Shown: positions 28,507 through 38,604 of the stretch, piece by piece
Layout: every line of letters starts with the position of its first letter
How positions within the stretch are numbered: position 1 is the stretch's first letter
NCBI GenBank assembly: GCA_049516595.1
Contig: JBEKSY010000013.1
Coordinates: forward strand, 11,475-75,474
Source: Anaerolineales bacterium
GTDB taxonomy: Bacteria > Chloroflexota > Anaerolineae > Anaerolineales > RBG-16-64-43
DNA length: 64,000 bases
Direction: 5' to 3'
Made by a program: the position numbers and the translations under genes
The notes under the pieces: model-generated
Told to the model about the DNA's origin: nothing
The model's input: the letters and a program-made list of their open reading frames with translations, nothing else
Databases searched by the model: none

Positions 28507-29172
28507 ATGGAGATCACCTGGTACGGCCATTCCTGCTTCCGCTTGACTGAGCGCGGCCTGGCCTCCGTGGTAACCGATCCGTTCGACGATACGATTGGAT
28601 ACTCCACCCTGCGGCTGAAGGCGGAGGTCGTCACGGTCAGCCACGACGCACCCGGGCACAACAATGCGGATGCAGTCAAAGGGGAGAAGCGCATCATCCG
28701 CGGGCCTGGCGAGTTTGAAATCGGGGGCGTCTTCATCACCGGAGTGGCGACGCGACGGGCTGCCAGCGGTCAGGAAAGCAAGACGAAAACGCCCGAGAAG
28801 GCCATTGAAAACACGCTGTACCTGTTCAACTTCAATGGTCTGAACGTGGCTCACCTAGGGGATCTCAACTATGTTCCGACCCAGCAACAAATTGAAAGCC
28901 TGGGGGCCGTTGATGTCCTGTTGGTCCCGGTGGGAGGCGGAGGGGCCCTTACCGCTTCGCAGGCCGCGGAAATGGTGAGCCTGCTGGAACCATCCGTGGT
29001 GGTCCCAATGCACTACAAGACTCCCGAGGTGGACGTCAAGCTCGAGTCGCTCAACAAGTTCCTCAAGGAAATGGGCCTCTCGGGTATCAAACCCTTGGAC
29101 TCCCTCAAGATCGGCCATTCGGATCTTCCTGATGAAACCCGAGTCGTGGTCCTCGACTACAAGCGGGGGTAA
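28507..29172 (+). CDS. MBL-fold metallo-hydrolase (lactamase B_3-like)
   Basis: ITWYGHSCF, TDPF, SHDAPGHN, HLGD, PVGG, PMHY. Confidence 0.9.
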   Translation: MEITWYGHSCFRLTERGLASVVTDPFDDTIGYSTLRLKAEVVTVSHDAPGHNNADAVKGEKRIIRGPGEFEIGGVFITGVATRRAASGQESKTKTPEKAIENTLYLFNFNGLNVAHLGDLNYVPTQQQIESLGAVDVLLVPVGGGGALTASQAAEMVSLLEPSVVVPMHYKTPEVDVKLESLNKFLKEMGLSGIKPLDSLKIGHSDLPDETRVVVLDYKRG

Positions 29173-29264
29173 GCTGAGGCCCAGCAGAGGTCGCTCGTCG
29201 CCGGGGACGGTGAGGTGATCGTTCCCCTTGGGGGGGGCATCTGGGTGTCGAAGACGATTGAGCC

Positions 29265-29570
29265 ATGGCAGCTGTCAAACTCCTCATGACCTGGGACATT
29301 ATCCCAGGCCAAGAGCAGGAGTACTTCGAATTCATCATTCGTGAGTTTCTTCCCGGCCTTCAGTCTTTGGAGATCGAGCCGACGGACGCTTGGTACACGG
29401 CATACGGAGAGGGCCCGCAGATCATGGCGGGTGGTACCACACCGGACATGGCCGCCATGCAGCGTACGTTGTCTTCCAAGGAATGGCAGGAATTGCGCGA
29501 GAAGCTGTTGCGCCACGTCGAGAATTTCAACTTCAAGCTGGTCAAGGCCCGTGCTGGGTTCCAGCTTTGA
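29265..29570 (+). CDS. Hypothetical protein (NIPSNAP-like alpha/beta barrel)
   Basis: KLLMTWDIIPGQEQEYFEF...DAWYTAYG; coherent globular composition. Confidence 0.7.
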   Translation: MAAVKLLMTWDIIPGQEQEYFEFIIREFLPGLQSLEIEPTDAWYTAYGEGPQIMAGGTTPDMAAMQRTLSSKEWQELREKLLRHVENFNFKLVKARAGFQL

Positions 29571-29583
29571 AGCCGGAGGGGAA

Positions 29584-29619
29584 AAGCGAAGAGGGCAGCG
29601 TGAGCTGCCCTCTTCGCTT
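29584..29619. terminator. Bidirectional terminator between convergent genes
   Basis: Perfect 16-bp inverted repeat AAGCGAAGAGGGCAGC-GTGA-GCTGCCCTCTTCGCTT. Confidence 0.8.
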
Positions 29620-29621
29620 GT

Positions 29622-29912
29622 TCATGACTTCGCTTCCTTGCTTGTCTCCGTTCCCGATTCCTTTGCTGGGTCGGCTTTGGCCTCGCTGCCTCCGGTGCCG
29701 TTCTTGGTGCGGCTTGGGGTCTGACCCGAGGCAGAACGATGATCTGTGGAATACCACCCGGAACCCTTGAAGATGATGCCGGCTGGAGTGTAGATCTTCT
29801 TGAGCGAGCGCTTCCCGCACTCTGGGCACTTGACCAGATGGGGATCCTCAAAGTGTTGCTGACGATCAAACTGGACCCCGCACGAAGAGCACCGATACGT
29901 GTAGATTGGCAT
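29622..29912 (-). CDS. FmdB family zinc ribbon protein
   Basis: MPIYTYRCSSCG...CPECG...IIFKGSGWYSTD. Confidence 0.92.
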   Translation of the reverse strand: MPIYTYRCSSCGVQFDRQQHFEDPHLVKCPECGKRSLKKIYTPAGIIFKGSGWYSTDHRSASGQTPSRTKNGTGGSEAKADPAKESGTETSKEAKS

Positions 29913-30513
29913 GCCTCACCTCAGAACCTGCCTGTCACAAAACAGTATTATATCGCCCTCACTCCCGGGCCAGCAAGGTGTAGGCTGGCTCTAGTTCATG
30001 GCTTCATCACAAAGCCAGCAGCGTAGTGGGCGGATAGATCAGCAGGGCGAGAGGGCCGCAGGGCCGGTCGAGGCGCTCGGGTACATAGTCGCAGAGCCAA
30101 GACGCGGCCGATTTCCGGCCCGAACAGGAGGAGATCGGACCCGGGAGGAGGATCAAATCGGGACCGCGCAGATCTTCCCGAGAAGGGAGAATTCGTGGAA
30201 GGTCCAGGGGCTGGCAGGAATCCGAGCAGCAGATTCCTGCCCGTCGTCTGGGCCTGCCCCCGGGTGAAAAGGGCACGGGCGGTTCCTCCGCCTTCTGAAG
30301 GACGAGCCAATTCCGAAGTCAGGGCCTCGTGGCACGTGGACCGTTGATCCACAGAAAGGATGGGCTGGCTCCTCCTGGACCGCCCCAGAAGTGAGATGAT
30401 CTCCTTCGCCGAGACCGTGCCTTCCGAAGCGGCGATCTGGGCTACGATTGGAGCGCGGCAGATTGGCCAAAGGAGAGAGGTCTGCCTTGCGGGGTGGTGA
30501 GGTACGCCGGTCC

Positions 30514-31287
30514 GTGAGTTTCGATCGGGCCGCCGAGATCTATGACCAGACCAGGGGGTTTCCGCCAGGAATCCCACAGGCGGTGGTCAGCCCTCTGCGG
30601 GACCGCCTTCCGTCCCAGGACAAGGTCCTGGAGATCGGGGTGGGGACAGGCAGGATCGCCCGGCCGTTGCGGGCTTCGGGCATCCCCGTTGTCGGCATTG
30701 ATCTCTCCCGCAAGATGTTGGCTCGATTTGTGGAGACGGAGGCCGGGGATAGGGGCTTCCTCGGCCTGGTCGAGGGAGATGCCGTCTACCTCCCCTTTGC
30801 GAACCAGTCGTTTGCGACCATCGTGGCTGTTCACGTGTTTCACTTGGTTGGGGATCTGCAGACCTGCGTTGAGAGTGTTCTTCGGGTTCTTAGTCGGCCG
30901 GGGATGATTGCCATGGGTTGGCAATGGCATCCGCCCGATTCGGCTCCGGCGCGGGTGCGTGTGCAATGGCGCTCGATCGTTCAAGCCCACGGCGTTGACC
31001 TCTCTGGACCTGGGCTAAGAGGAATGGGACCAGCGGCGCAGCTTCTCCAAGCGCACGCCCTGCACTCGGAGGAGGCCGTTGCGGCGGAATGGGATGTGAG
31101 CCGTTCGCCCTCGGAAATCGTAGACGAGATCGGCCGGAGGGCTCATTCCTCTGCCTGGGCTGTTCCCGATGAGATCTTCCCGCAGTGCTATGAGGAGTTG
31201 GTCGCGTGGGCTCGAGAAGCCATCCCCCATTGGGACCAGCCTCGAGCCGATCTTCGCAGATTTGTTTGGCGTTTCTTTTGGATCTGA
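30514..31287 (+). CDS. Class I SAM-dependent methyltransferase
   Basis: SFDRAAEIYDQTRG, LEIGVGTGR, GIDLS, GDA..LPF. Start approximate. Confidence 0.88.
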   Translation: MSFDRAAEIYDQTRGFPPGIPQAVVSPLRDRLPSQDKVLEIGVGTGRIARPLRASGIPVVGIDLSRKMLARFVETEAGDRGFLGLVEGDAVYLPFANQSFATIVAVHVFHLVGDLQTCVESVLRVLSRPGMIAMGWQWHPPDSAPARVRVQWRSIVQAHGVDLSGPGLRGMGPAAQLLQAHALHSEEAVAAEWDVSRSPSEIVDEIGRRAHSSAWAVPDEIFPQCYEELVAWAREAIPHWDQPRADLRRFVWRFFWI

Positions 31288-31311
31288 TCCCTCGACCTCG
31301 TGGGGCGCGAC

Positions 31312-32007
31312 CTAAGGCTCGCGGAGGTCCGGAATGTCAGGGGGAGTTTGGGGCTTTGGTCGGGGACGCACCCTCGCCAGCAACGAGGCGAAGACCTCGC
31401 CACGGTACTCCTTCCACAGATGGATGAGGCTGGGGAGAGCGGATACGATGATGACAATCGCCACGACCAGGAGAAAATAGCGATCGATTCCTGGGACGAT
31501 CTCGCCAACGAAGTAGCCCGCCAGTGTGACGCCCATCGCCCACAGGGCGCCGCCCATCGCATTGAAGAATACGAATCGGCGATACTCCATCTCCACGGCG
31601 CCTGCCACAATCGGAGCAAAGGTGCGAATGAATGGCATGAACCGGGCGAGAACGATCGTTTTGCCACCATGCTTGTCGTAGAAGGACTTGGCCGCCAGAA
31701 GATTCTGCCTTCGAAAGAGCAGACTGTTCTCGCGCTTGAATATTGGCGGCCCGATCTTCTTCCCGAACCAATAGCCGACGTTGTCCCCCAAGATGGCCGC
31801 CACCGGGAGGGATAGCAGGAGTACCCATAGGGCCAATTCACCGTGAGAGGCCAGTAGGCCCGCGGTTAGCAGGAGGCTATCTCCCGGAAAAAAGAAACCG
31901 AAGAAGAGGCCGGACTCGGCAAAGATCACGGCAACCAAGCCAATGTAGCCGATCGTCTGAATGAGCCTTACGAGATCTATGCCCAACAAAGAGGATCTCC
32001 GTTCCAT
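31312..32007 (-). CDS. DedA / VTT domain membrane protein
   Basis: IFAESGLFFGFFFPGDSLL, GDNVGYWFG, ARFMPFIRTFAP. Start may instead be TTG at 31989. Confidence 0.92.
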   Translation of the reverse strand: MERRSSLLGIDLVRLIQTIGYIGLVAVIFAESGLFFGFFFPGDSLLLTAGLLASHGELALWVLLLSLPVAAILGDNVGYWFGKKIGPPIFKRENSLLFRRQNLLAAKSFYDKHGGKTIVLARFMPFIRTFAPIVAGAVEMEYRRFVFFNAMGGALWAMGVTLAGYFVGEIVPGIDRYFLLVVAIVIIVSALPSLIHLWKEYRGEVFASLLARVRPRPKPQTPPDIPDLREP

Positions 32008-32279
32008 TTCGGTTTGCGGCTCAGGGGCGCGCAGATTATAACCCATGAGAGCAGGAGCCTGCGGGCTTGGCTTCACACGAGTCAGGAACTCCCAAAAGTC
32101 GTGCCAGGTCTTGGATTCCCCTCGCCCCTTAACTCCCCCTCGATTCATTTGACATGCCCGAATCTTGATCCTATACTCCCAATACCCGCGGCCGATCTGC
32201 CCCGTCGCCTTTCCCGGCCCGATGGACCTGAGCGGGGAATGGGCGCTCAACCCAACCAGCATGGAGAGGAGAAAAGGTC

Positions 32280-33971
32280 ATGGAGGAGAGACCCTGGTTA
32301 AGGCATTATGACCCTGGAGTTCCTCAAGAACTCCATTACCCGGAAGTGCCCTTGTTCGGATTGTTAGAGGGAGCGGCACGCGATCATCCCGCAGTGACCT
32401 GCACCCTCTTCCGGGGCGCCCGCATCTCCTATCAGCAGATGGACCAACTCACCGATCGGTTGGCGGCAGCCCTCGCGGACCTCGGCGTGAAGAAGGGCCA
32501 GCCGGTCGCGATCTTCATGCCCAACATCCCGCAGTTCGTGCTGGCCTTTTTCGGCATCCTCAAGGCGGGGGGAGTGGTGGTGGCCACCAACCCGCTCTAC
32601 ACGGCTCCCGAGATTGAGCATCAGATGAAAGACGCGGGCGCCGAGATCATGCTGGTCACGAGCAACTTCTACACCAAGATCAAGGAGGTCCAGCCGCGCA
32701 CTCCGCTCAAGAAGCTGATCGTCACCAACATCAAGGAGGCTTTGCCGCCGGTTCTCCGCCTGTTGTTTACAGTCGCCAAGGAGAAACAGGAGGGGCATCA
32801 CGTCGAACTTGCCGCAGGGGACTACTGGCTCCAGGACCTACTGGCGAGGCAGGAACCTTCCCACCGTCCGAAGCTGGAAATCAGCCCTGACGATGTGGCG
32901 ATTTTCCAGTACAGCGGAGGCACCACGGGGCTCTCCAAGGCAGCGGCTTCGGCGCATCGGAGTCTGGTCTCAGACGCGATTGCCATGCGCGACTGGATGC
33001 CCAATATCCGCCCGGGCAAAGAAATCATGCTCATGGCCATCCCGCTGTTCCACGTCTATGGAATGGTGGCCGGGATGTGCTGGGCGATCGCCGGGGCGTG
33101 TCCCATGGTGATGATCGCCAACCCGCGGGACATGGGGGATCTGCTCGGTTCCATTCAGAGGTATCGTCCGACGATCTTCCCGGGCGTTCCCACCCTCTAC
33201 AATGCCATCAACAATCACCCCGCGGTGAAAGCCGGCAAGTACGACCTGAGCTCGATCACGGGGTGCATTTCCGGCTCAGCTCCTCTGATGAGGGAAACCA
33301 AAGAAACCTTCGAACGGCTCAGCGGGGGCAAATTGTGCGAGGGCTACGGACTCTCGGAGGCGCCCACGGCTACCCACTGCAACCCGCTCAACGGGGTCAA
33401 CAAGACTGGCTCCATCGGAATGCCACTTCCCGGGGTGGATGCGCGCATCATCAGTCTGGACGACGGCCTGACCGTCCTGGGAGTGGGTGAGGTCGGCGAG
33501 TTGGTGGTCAAGGGCCCGATGGTGATGAAGGGCTACCACAACATGCCCACGGAGACAGCCAACTCTTTGCGAAATGGCTGGCTGTACACGGGGGACATTG
33601 CCCGTATGGACGAGGATGGGTACTTCTACATCGTCGACCGCAAGAAGGAAATGATCAAAGTCAGCGGCTACCAAGTCTGGCCACGGGAAGTGGAGGAAGT
33701 ACTCACAGCGCACCCCAAAGTAATGGAAGCCGCGGCGGCGGGAGTACCGGACGCCTATCAGGGCGAAACCGTGAAGGCTTGGGTGGTCCTAAAACCGGGC
33801 CAGACCGCCACGGAGGATGAGCTGCGGACTTGGTGCCAGGACAAGTTGGCAAGGTTCAAGATTCCTAAGCAGATTGAGTTTCGCTCGGACCCCCTTCCCA
33901 AGACAACGGTTGGTAAGGTGCTGCGCCGCGAACTGGTCCGGGAGCACAAGGAAAAGGCGATACCGCGATAG
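32280..33971 (+). CDS. Long-chain fatty acid--CoA ligase (FadD-like)
   Basis: QYSGGTTGLSK, EGYGLSE, WLYTGD, VDRKK, PKTTVGK. Confidence 0.93.
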   Translation: MEERPWLRHYDPGVPQELHYPEVPLFGLLEGAARDHPAVTCTLFRGARISYQQMDQLTDRLAAALADLGVKKGQPVAIFMPNIPQFVLAFFGILKAGGVVVATNPLYTAPEIEHQMKDAGAEIMLVTSNFYTKIKEVQPRTPLKKLIVTNIKEALPPVLRLLFTVAKEKQEGHHVELAAGDYWLQDLLARQEPSHRPKLEISPDDVAIFQYSGGTTGLSKAAASAHRSLVSDAIAMRDWMPNIRPGKEIMLMAIPLFHVYGMVAGMCWAIAGACPMVMIANPRDMGDLLGSIQRYRPTIFPGVPTLYNAINNHPAVKAGKYDLSSITGCISGSAPLMRETKETFERLSGGKLCEGYGLSEAPTATHCNPLNGVNKTGSIGMPLPGVDARIISLDDGLTVLGVGEVGELVVKGPMVMKGYHNMPTETANSLRNGWLYTGDIARMDEDGYFYIVDRKKEMIKVSGYQVWPREVEEVLTAHPKVMEAAAAGVPDAYQGETVKAWVVLKPGQTATEDELRTWCQDKLARFKIPKQIEFRSDPLPKTTVGKVLRRELVREHKEKAIPR

Positions 33972-33989
33972 GTTGTGCCAAGCCCACAC

Positions 33990-34030
33990 GACAAGGCGCG
34001 CCGGAGTTAACTCCGGCGCGCTTGTCTTTG
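33990..34030. terminator. Bidirectional terminator between the ligase gene and ftsH
   Basis: GCGCGCCGGAG-TTAA-CTCCGGCGCGC flanked by ACAAG/CTTGT, then CTTT. Confidence 0.8.
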
Positions 34031-34050
34031 CTTGAAAGATGAAATCTTGC

Positions 34051-35925
34051 TCAGCCAGCCACCGGAACGGCTCGCGGAATCGGAGTTCCGCCGCGCACCT
34101 CATGGGGGCTGGGGAAGATCTTGTCGAACTCCAGCTGGTCAATCGTTTCGAGCTCGATCAGACGCTTGGCCACCGCATCCAGCCGGTCCCGATACTCGAC
34201 CAAGACCGCCTTGGCCCGCGCATAGGCGTCGTGGACCAAGCCGCGTACTTCCTCGTCGATTTCCTCCGCTACCTGTTCAGAGTAGTCGCGTTGCTCAGAA
34301 ATTTCGCGGCCCAGGAAAATCAGCTCCTCTTTCTGCCCATAGACCATCGGTCCGAGGCGATCGCTCATGCCCCAACGCGTAACCATGCTGCGAGCCAGCT
34401 TGGTCGCTCGCTCCATGTCGTCTGCCGCACCGGTCGTGATGTCGTTGAAGACCAACTCCTCGGCGGCTCGTCCTCCCAGCATTCCGGCCAAGTCGGCCCG
34501 GAACTTGTTGCGGGAATGCAGCGCCCGGTCTTCCTCGGGCAGGGCCAGGGTGTAGCCGCCGGCCATGCCGCGAGCGATGATGGACACCTTGTGCACGGGG
34601 TCGCATTCGGGGATGGCCTGCATGACCACCGCATGGCCGGCCTCGTGATAGGCAATAATGCGCTTCTCGTTCTCGCTGATGAGGCGGCTCTTGCGCTCGG
34701 GGCCAGCGATGACTCGTTCGGTAGCCTCCTCGAACTCGCTCATGCCGATCGACTTCTTGTTGCGGCGTGCGGCCAGGATGGCAGCCTCATTGACCAGATT
34801 CTCAATATCTGCGCCCACAAATCCGGGGGTCGATTTGGCCAGCGTCATGAGTTCGACGTCCGAGGCCAGTGGCTTCCCGCGTACGTGAACTTTGAGAATC
34901 GCCTCCCGCCCCCGCATGTCTGGGCGATCCAGGACGACGCGACGGTCAAATCGACCGGGCCGGAGCAAGGCCGGGTCCAGGATATCAGGCCGGTTGGTCG
35001 CGGCCATCACGATGACATTCGTGTCGGTGTCGAACCCGTCCATTTCAACTAGAATCTGGTTGAGGGTCTGCTCGCGCTCGTCATGACTCCCGCCCAGTCC
35101 GGATCCGCGCTGGCGACCCACCGCGTCAATCTCGTCCACGAACACAATGCAGGGGGAGTGGCGTTTCGCCTGGTCGAACAAATCGCGCACCCGGCTTGCC
35201 CCCACGCCGACGAACATTTCAACAAACTCAGATCCAGAAATCGAGAAGAAAGGCACGCCCGCCTCGCCGGAAACGGCTTTCGCCAGCAAGGTCTTGCCCG
35301 TGCCAGGCGAACCCACCAGGAGAACGCCCTTGGGGATGCGAGCCCCAAGCGAGATGAACTTCTCGGGTTCCTTCAAGAATTCCACGACTTCGTGCAGTTC
35401 CTCTTTGGCTTCGTCGACACCTGCAACGTCGTCAAAGGTGACCGTGGGCTGATCCCCAGTGAACATACGCGCCCGGCTCTTGCCGAAGGCCATGGCTTGA
35501 TTGTTAGTGCCCTGGGCCTGACGCAACATAAAATAGATCAAGCCCCCAAACAGAAGGACTGGAAGCAGATAGGTCGCTAGGTTGAGTACCAGCCCCCAAT
35601 CGCTTGGCTGCTGTACTTCGATCGTCACTTTCGATGGGGCCAGTTGGTCGCTCGTTACCCCATAGGTCGCGAGCTGAGCTGCCAGACTGGAATCCGATTC
35701 CTTTCTGGAGCGGGCCACATGACTGTCGTTGTAGGTGATTTCAAGGTCGTCGCTGTTGACCACCACCTGTTTGACCGTGCCGGCTTTGAGGTCAGCCGCA
35801 AGCTGGTTGATCGTAATCGTCTGAGTCTTGGCGGTCGAGGCGTTGTATTGCTGGTAAACCAGGAACGCCATCGCCCCCAGCACGATGAGTATGGTGATCA
35901 GATTGCGCGTACGGGTGGAATTCAC
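34051..35925 (-). CDS. ftsH: ATP-dependent zinc metalloprotease FtsH
   Basis: Two TM segments, [17 protein letters not shown] region [20 protein letters not shown]. Confidence 0.97.
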   Translation of the reverse strand: MNSTRTRNLITILIVLGAMAFLVYQQYNASTAKTQTITINQLAADLKAGTVKQVVVNSDDLEITYNDSHVARSRKESDSSLAAQLATYGVTSDQLAPSKVTIEVQQPSDWGLVLNLATYLLPVLLFGGLIYFMLRQAQGTNNQAMAFGKSRARMFTGDQPTVTFDDVAGVDEAKEELHEVVEFLKEPEKFISLGARIPKGVLLVGSPGTGKTLLAKAVSGEAGVPFFSISGSEFVEMFVGVGASRVRDLFDQAKRHSPCIVFVDEIDAVGRQRGSGLGGSHDEREQTLNQILVEMDGFDTDTNVIVMAATNRPDILDPALLRPGRFDRRVVLDRPDMRGREAILKVHVRGKPLASDVELMTLAKSTPGFVGADIENLVNEAAILAARRNKKSIGMSEFEEATERVIAGPERKSRLISENEKRIIAYHEAGHAVVMQAIPECDPVHKVSIIARGMAGGYTLALPEEDRALHSRNKFRADLAGMLGGRAAEELVFNDITTGAADDMERATKLARSMVTRWGMSDRLGPMVYGQKEELIFLGREISEQRDYSEQVAEEIDEEVRGLVHDAYARAKAVLVEYRDRLDAVAKRLIELETIDQLEFDKIFPSPHEVRGGTPIPRAVPVAG

Positions 35926-36078
35926 TTCGCCCTCCGCCGAATCCGGCACACACAAACTGCGATATGAATATGGCAACTCATTATACCAAACCGGACATCA
36001 GAAGGCTGTAAACACGCCGCCGGCGCGTTTGCGGCGGTGCAGGGGGCCGTACGACCGCCAAACCCCTGAGAATCAGGC

Positions 36079-37104
36079 CTAAGGCGTGGGGGGCTGATAC
36101 GCGAGGTAGACCCAAACCCACAAGGGGACTAGGCCGCCAACGGCCACCAGGGCGAGAAGACCCAGCCCCACCGCCTTCCAGTCAATTCTCCCCTCGCCCT
36201 CCGCCGCTGGAACCTCTTCCGGCCCAGCGGAATCCGTCTGGGCCTCCGTTCGGGCCGGCAGCGAGGGCAGGAGATCGAACCTCATGATAGCGGCTATCCT
36301 GCGGAGGGTGGTTGCCGCCTCGTTTCCATCCTGGTATCGAGCCCCGGGGTTCTTCTCCAGCATTCGGTCGACCAGGGCTTCGACGGACCGAGGCAGATTG
36401 GGCACCAACGCTCCCAACGCAGGCGGAGCGTGACTTAGGTGCTCGAGTGCGAGGGTGCGTGGATCCTGTCCTGGGAAAGGAAGTCGGCCGGCTAGCATTT
36501 CAAAAAGGACAACCCCCAAAGAGTAAATGTCACTGGAAGGGGCCGGTTCCTCGCCTGCCGCCTGCTCGGGGGAGAAGTACTGGGGTGTGGCCCATGGCTC
36601 GTCTTGTGGAACGTGAGCCTTGTCCGAGAAAAGCTGGGCGACGCCAAAATCGGTCAGCTTGGCCTGGCCGGATTGAGCCAGGAGCACGTTCTGCGGCTTG
36701 ACGTCGCAATGAACCAGCCCTGCGGTGTGCGCGTGGCCTAGGCCTTCGCTGATCTGCCGGGCAATGCTGAGTGCTTCGGCGACTGCAAGTGGGCCGCGCT
36801 GTCGAAGGCGCGCCTTGAGATCGACACCCTCGACCAGCTCAAGGACGATGAAATAGTGGATTCCCTCGACGCCGAAATCAAGGATTGTCACAAGATTAGG
36901 ATGAGAGAGCCTGGCAAGGGCCTGGGCTTCCCTGAGAAACCTGCGCCGAAATCGAGGCCAATGGGTGAGTTCCTCGCGCAGCACCTTCACCGCGACGGGC
37001 GCGCCGGACTTCAGGTCCAAGGCTCGATAGAGATGTGCGGTCGCGCCCGAGCCTATCAGCTCCTTGAGCTGGTAGCGGCCTCCCAGGGTCGGCAGTTCAT
37101 TCAT
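36079..37104 (-). CDS. Hanks-type Ser/Thr protein kinase with C-terminal TM anchor, no PASTA repeats
   Basis: IGSGA, VAVK, HCDVKPQN, DFG, SPE, SDIYSLG. Confidence 0.92.
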   Translation of the reverse strand: MNELPTLGGRYQLKELIGSGATAHLYRALDLKSGAPVAVKVLREELTHWPRFRRRFLREAQALARLSHPNLVTILDFGVEGIHYFIVLELVEGVDLKARLRQRGPLAVAEALSIARQISEGLGHAHTAGLVHCDVKPQNVLLAQSGQAKLTDFGVAQLFSDKAHVPQDEPWATPQYFSPEQAAGEEPAPSSDIYSLGVVLFEMLAGRLPFPGQDPRTLALEHLSHAPPALGALVPNLPRSVEALVDRMLEKNPGARYQDGNEAATTLRRIAAIMRFDLLPSLPARTEAQTDSAGPEEVPAAEGEGRIDWKAVGLGLLALVAVGGLVPLWVWVYLAYQPPTP

Positions 37105-37205
37105 CTCGGCCCCATTCTATACCCAGGGGGTGGAGGGGTAGGGGGCCAAAGCGCTTCCTTTCGCGGATGTATAATTCCGGCGCCGATTTCCGTGAAATCT
37201 AGTCT

Positions 37206-38171
37206 ATGACCATTCGCGCACGGCTCCTCCACAACCCTGTGGCCGGCACCATGCCATCTCGTCGGTTCGTCCAACGGGCCGAACGCGTGCTGCGCCGCCT
37301 GGGCTGGGAGATCGAGGTGTCCTCGACCTCTTCCCAGGAGGAGGTGGCGCAGATTGCCAGGCAGGCAGCCAAGGAACGCTTCGACGTGTTCGTCGTGGCG
37401 GGGGGCGACGGAACCATTGGACAAGCCGCGAGTGGCTTGGCGGGGAGCAATACGGCGCTGGCCGTACTCCCCTCCGGGACGGCCAATGTTTGGGCCCAGG
37501 AATTGCGTCTCCCCCGATTGGGGTGGTTGAATTGGTTTGCTCTGGAAAGTGCCGCCAATCAGCTGGCCCATGGCCAGTACTTGCGAATGGACCTCGGTTC
37601 TTGCAACGAGCACGCTTTTCTGCTTTGGGCGGGAGTTGGGCTCGACGCAGAAGTGGTCCGAAGACTGGAGCCCCTCCGCAAGGGCGAGCGCCAGTTTGCT
37701 TTCGCCTCGTACTTTGCAACCGCAGTCTGGAGGGCCCTGGATTGGCGTGGGGTGGACATGCGGGTGACGACCAACCGGGAAACTGTTCAGGGTCACTTCC
37801 TTTTGGCCGTTGCCTCCAACATTCACGCTTATGGCGGGGGCTTGTTCCGGTTGGCGCCCGAGGCGCGAGTCGATGATGGCCAAATGGACCTGTGGTTGTT
37901 TGAGGGGCACTCCTTCCCCGAGACCCTCCAGCGTGCCTGGGATCTGTACACGGGGCGGCACGTGACCGATTCCCACGTCCGGCGCCTGCGATTTCAAACC
38001 CTGCGCCTCGAGGCCGACGGGCTGGCAGGGGTTCAAATCGACGGGGAGCCGAGAAGGGGGACGTTCCCGATTGAGATGGGTGTGCGCCCATTGGCCCTCA
38101 AGGTGTTGGTCCCCAGAGGGCTTCCTACTCGCTTGTTTGTCCAGGAGAAGGGTGAGGCGGTGTCGGCTTGA
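37206..38171 (+). CDS. Diacylglycerol kinase family (YegS/BmrU) lipid kinase
   Basis: NPVAG, AGGDGT, LPSGTANV, GVGLDA, YGGG, QIDGE. Confidence 0.92.
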   Translation: MTIRARLLHNPVAGTMPSRRFVQRAERVLRRLGWEIEVSSTSSQEEVAQIARQAAKERFDVFVVAGGDGTIGQAASGLAGSNTALAVLPSGTANVWAQELRLPRLGWLNWFALESAANQLAHGQYLRMDLGSCNEHAFLLWAGVGLDAEVVRRLEPLRKGERQFAFASYFATAVWRALDWRGVDMRVTTNRETVQGHFLLAVASNIHAYGGGLFRLAPEARVDDGQMDLWLFEGHSFPETLQRAWDLYTGRHVTDSHVRRLRFQTLRLEADGLAGVQIDGEPRRGTFPIEMGVRPLALKVLVPRGLPTRLFVQEKGEAVSA

Positions 38172-38281
38172 AGTTCCGCGGGAGGCAACGCGGCAAGGGC
38201 CGCTTGGAGGTGAGACAGACCCTTGGGCAAGGACTGATATAATCCGGCTCGACTTGAGGTCGTTTGGGTTCGGGAGGCCTT

Positions 38282-38506
38282 GTGGGAATCTATCTCAACC
38301 TGGCGCAGATTGTTATGGGGATCGCCCTGATCCTGTCGATTGTTCTGCAAAGCAAGGAGGCCGGGCTGGGGGGCCTGACGGGGGGCGAAGCCGGGGGTGT
38401 GTTTCGAGCCCGTCGTGGGGTCGAGAGGTCTCTCTTCCAGATCACCATCGTGCTCAGCGTCCTCTTCTTCGCCCTGGCCATGGTCAACGTGCTGTACGCG
38501 GGCTAG
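38282..38506 (+). CDS. secG: Preprotein translocase subunit SecG
   Basis: Two TM segments with VLQSKEAGLGGLTGG...RRGVERSL; GGAGG RBS. Confidence 0.9.
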   Translation: MGIYLNLAQIVMGIALILSIVLQSKEAGLGGLTGGEAGGVFRARRGVERSLFQITIVLSVLFFALAMVNVLYAG

Positions 38507-38604
38507 CGGGATCCAGCCTGCTCTGCCTCGCGACCGGGGAGAGCAGCGGTCCATGAGGCCCTCCAGTTCTCCCTGACCCCTCCCAACGAGTTCGCTCCCA
38601 GGCA